IMG/VR virus record: IMGVR_UViG_3300045988_000158
Coordinates: 1 to 5,032 of that record
Length of the DNA stretch: 5,032 bases
Strand: one strand, 5' to 3'
Origin: a virus
Shown here: one piece after another, positions 4,293-5,032 of the stretch
How the letters are laid out: each line of letters starts with the position of its first letter
How positions within the stretch are numbered: the first letter of the stretch is position 1
Notes under the pieces: model-generated
The model's input: only the letters and a program-made list of their open reading frames with translations
What the model was told of the DNA's origin: nothing
The model's database searches: none
Made by a program: the position numbers and the translations under genes

Positions 4293-4979
4293 ATGTCTTG
4301 GTTATCTAATACCTTAGGCAGCGTCGCTGGTTCTGTTCTTGGATCTGTAGTTCAGAATCATTACAATTCTGCTAGTGCAGCACAGGCTAACGCTTGGAAT
4401 ATTGAAAATTATAAACATCGTTATCAATGGGCCGTAGAAGATATGCGTGCCGCTGGTCTGAACCCCATTCTTGCTGCGACTAATGGTATAGGCGGTTCTA
4501 TTTCCGGAGCTTCCGCTGCTTCTGTAGGCATGAGTGATATCGGTTCTACCATGAATTCTGCTAGAGCCGCTAGTGCCGCTGAACGGCAGGCGAAGAACGC
4601 CGAGCATCTCGCGTTATCTCAAATTGATAAAAACGTCGCAGAAGCCGATTCTACGCGTCAGGCGACCCATGGAATAGTTCTAGACAACGGTATTAAGGCT
4701 AACAATTTGAACCTCGCTGAACAAACCTACGAGAAACGTCTCGGCTATGAGCTTCAGCGCATGGACCAGGAGTTGCAGAACTTACGGCTTCAAGGATCTT
4801 ATCTTTCTTCAGGAATACTTTCAAACATTGCTTCAGCTAATCAGTCTAATTCTGCCGCGGGCTTCGCTGCCCAGAATGCCCGTCTTTCAAAGCAGGAAGC
4901 TGATTTCTATGATTCGTTAGGCGTTGGTAATTCAGGCCTTGGTCATATCCTTCGTGGCATTGGCTATATTTTTAAATAG
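4293..4979 (+). CDS. VP2: Minor capsid / DNA pilot protein VP2, 228 aa
   Basis: AAGGAG (4279-4284) lies 8 nt before ATG 4293. The motif NIENYKHRYQWAVEDMRAAGLNPILA is typical of gokushovirus VP2. The middle is Gly/Ser/Ala-rich and the C-terminal half is predicted helical. The stop TAG (4977-4979) overlaps the SD of the small TM ORF across the circular junction. Confidence 0.9.
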   Translation: MSWLSNTLGSVAGSVLGSVVQNHYNSASAAQANAWNIENYKHRYQWAVEDMRAAGLNPILAATNGIGGSISGASAASVGMSDIGSTMNSARAASAAERQAKNAEHLALSQIDKNVAEADSTRQATHGIVLDNGIKANNLNLAEQTYEKRLGYELQRMDQELQNLRLQGSYLSSGILSNIASANQSNSAAGFAAQNARLSKQEADFYDSLGVGNSGLGHILRGIGYIFK

Positions 4980-5032
4980 GAGTGGTACGTATGTCTAATA
5001 AAACTACTATGATTCTCACTTTCATTGTCACC
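4978..5032. repeat. Terminal direct repeat, copy 2 (includes a duplicated 5' fragment of the small TM ORF, 4991-5032)
   Basis: Identical to bases 1-55. This is not an independent gene copy. Confidence 0.95.

Noticed and set aside
370-4607. Minus-strand ORFs from the track (370-603, 622-993, 1021-1326, 3850-4095, 4314-4607)
   Set aside because: Each lies antisense to a well-supported + strand gene and has no SD-like sequence or promoter. Microviridae encode all genes on one strand. Open runs of 77-123 codons are expected by chance in antisense frames.
4991-5032. Apparent second truncated copy of the small TM ORF at the window end
   Set aside because: It is part of the 55-nt closure overlap of a circular contig and is not a duplication.
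1-5032. Search for tRNA, rRNA, CRISPR repeats, transposase or integrase genes and long tandem repeats
   Set aside because: None seen by eye. Apart from the features listed, the whole window is accounted for by a compact microvirus genome.

Overview
The window is one complete, circularly closed ssDNA microvirus genome (Microviridae, Gokushovirinae-like). Bases 1-55 recur exactly at 4978-5032, so the unit genome is 4977 nt. The 55-nt overlap looks like an assembler k-mer closure rather than a biological repeat. All supported genes lie on the + strand. Gene order is: small N-terminal-TM ORF (14-253), a 36-aa arginine-rich J/VP8-like DNA-binding ORF absent from the ORF track (250-360, GTG start), VP4 replication initiator (403-1314), an unassigned basic 79-aa ORF (1345-1584), VP5-like protein (1553-1840), VP3 internal scaffold (1951-2433), VP1 major capsid (2554-4278, TTG start) and VP2 minor capsid/pilot (4293-4979). 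The two ORFs with no counterpart in the canonical gokushovirus gene set are the TM protein and the 79-aa ORF; they are the best candidates for new biology, such as a lysis or accessory function. Non-coding features: three promoter-like sites sharing the layout TTGACA-N14-TGn-TAnnnT; one clear intrinsic terminator followed by a GC-rich hairpin; a bipartite hairpin after VP3; and a cluster of alternating CTAAGAA/TTCTTAG segments just upstream of the capsid ribosome-binding site. I saw no tRNA, rRNA, CRISPR, transposase or integrase. Family assignments come from motif recognition by eye, not from database searches.
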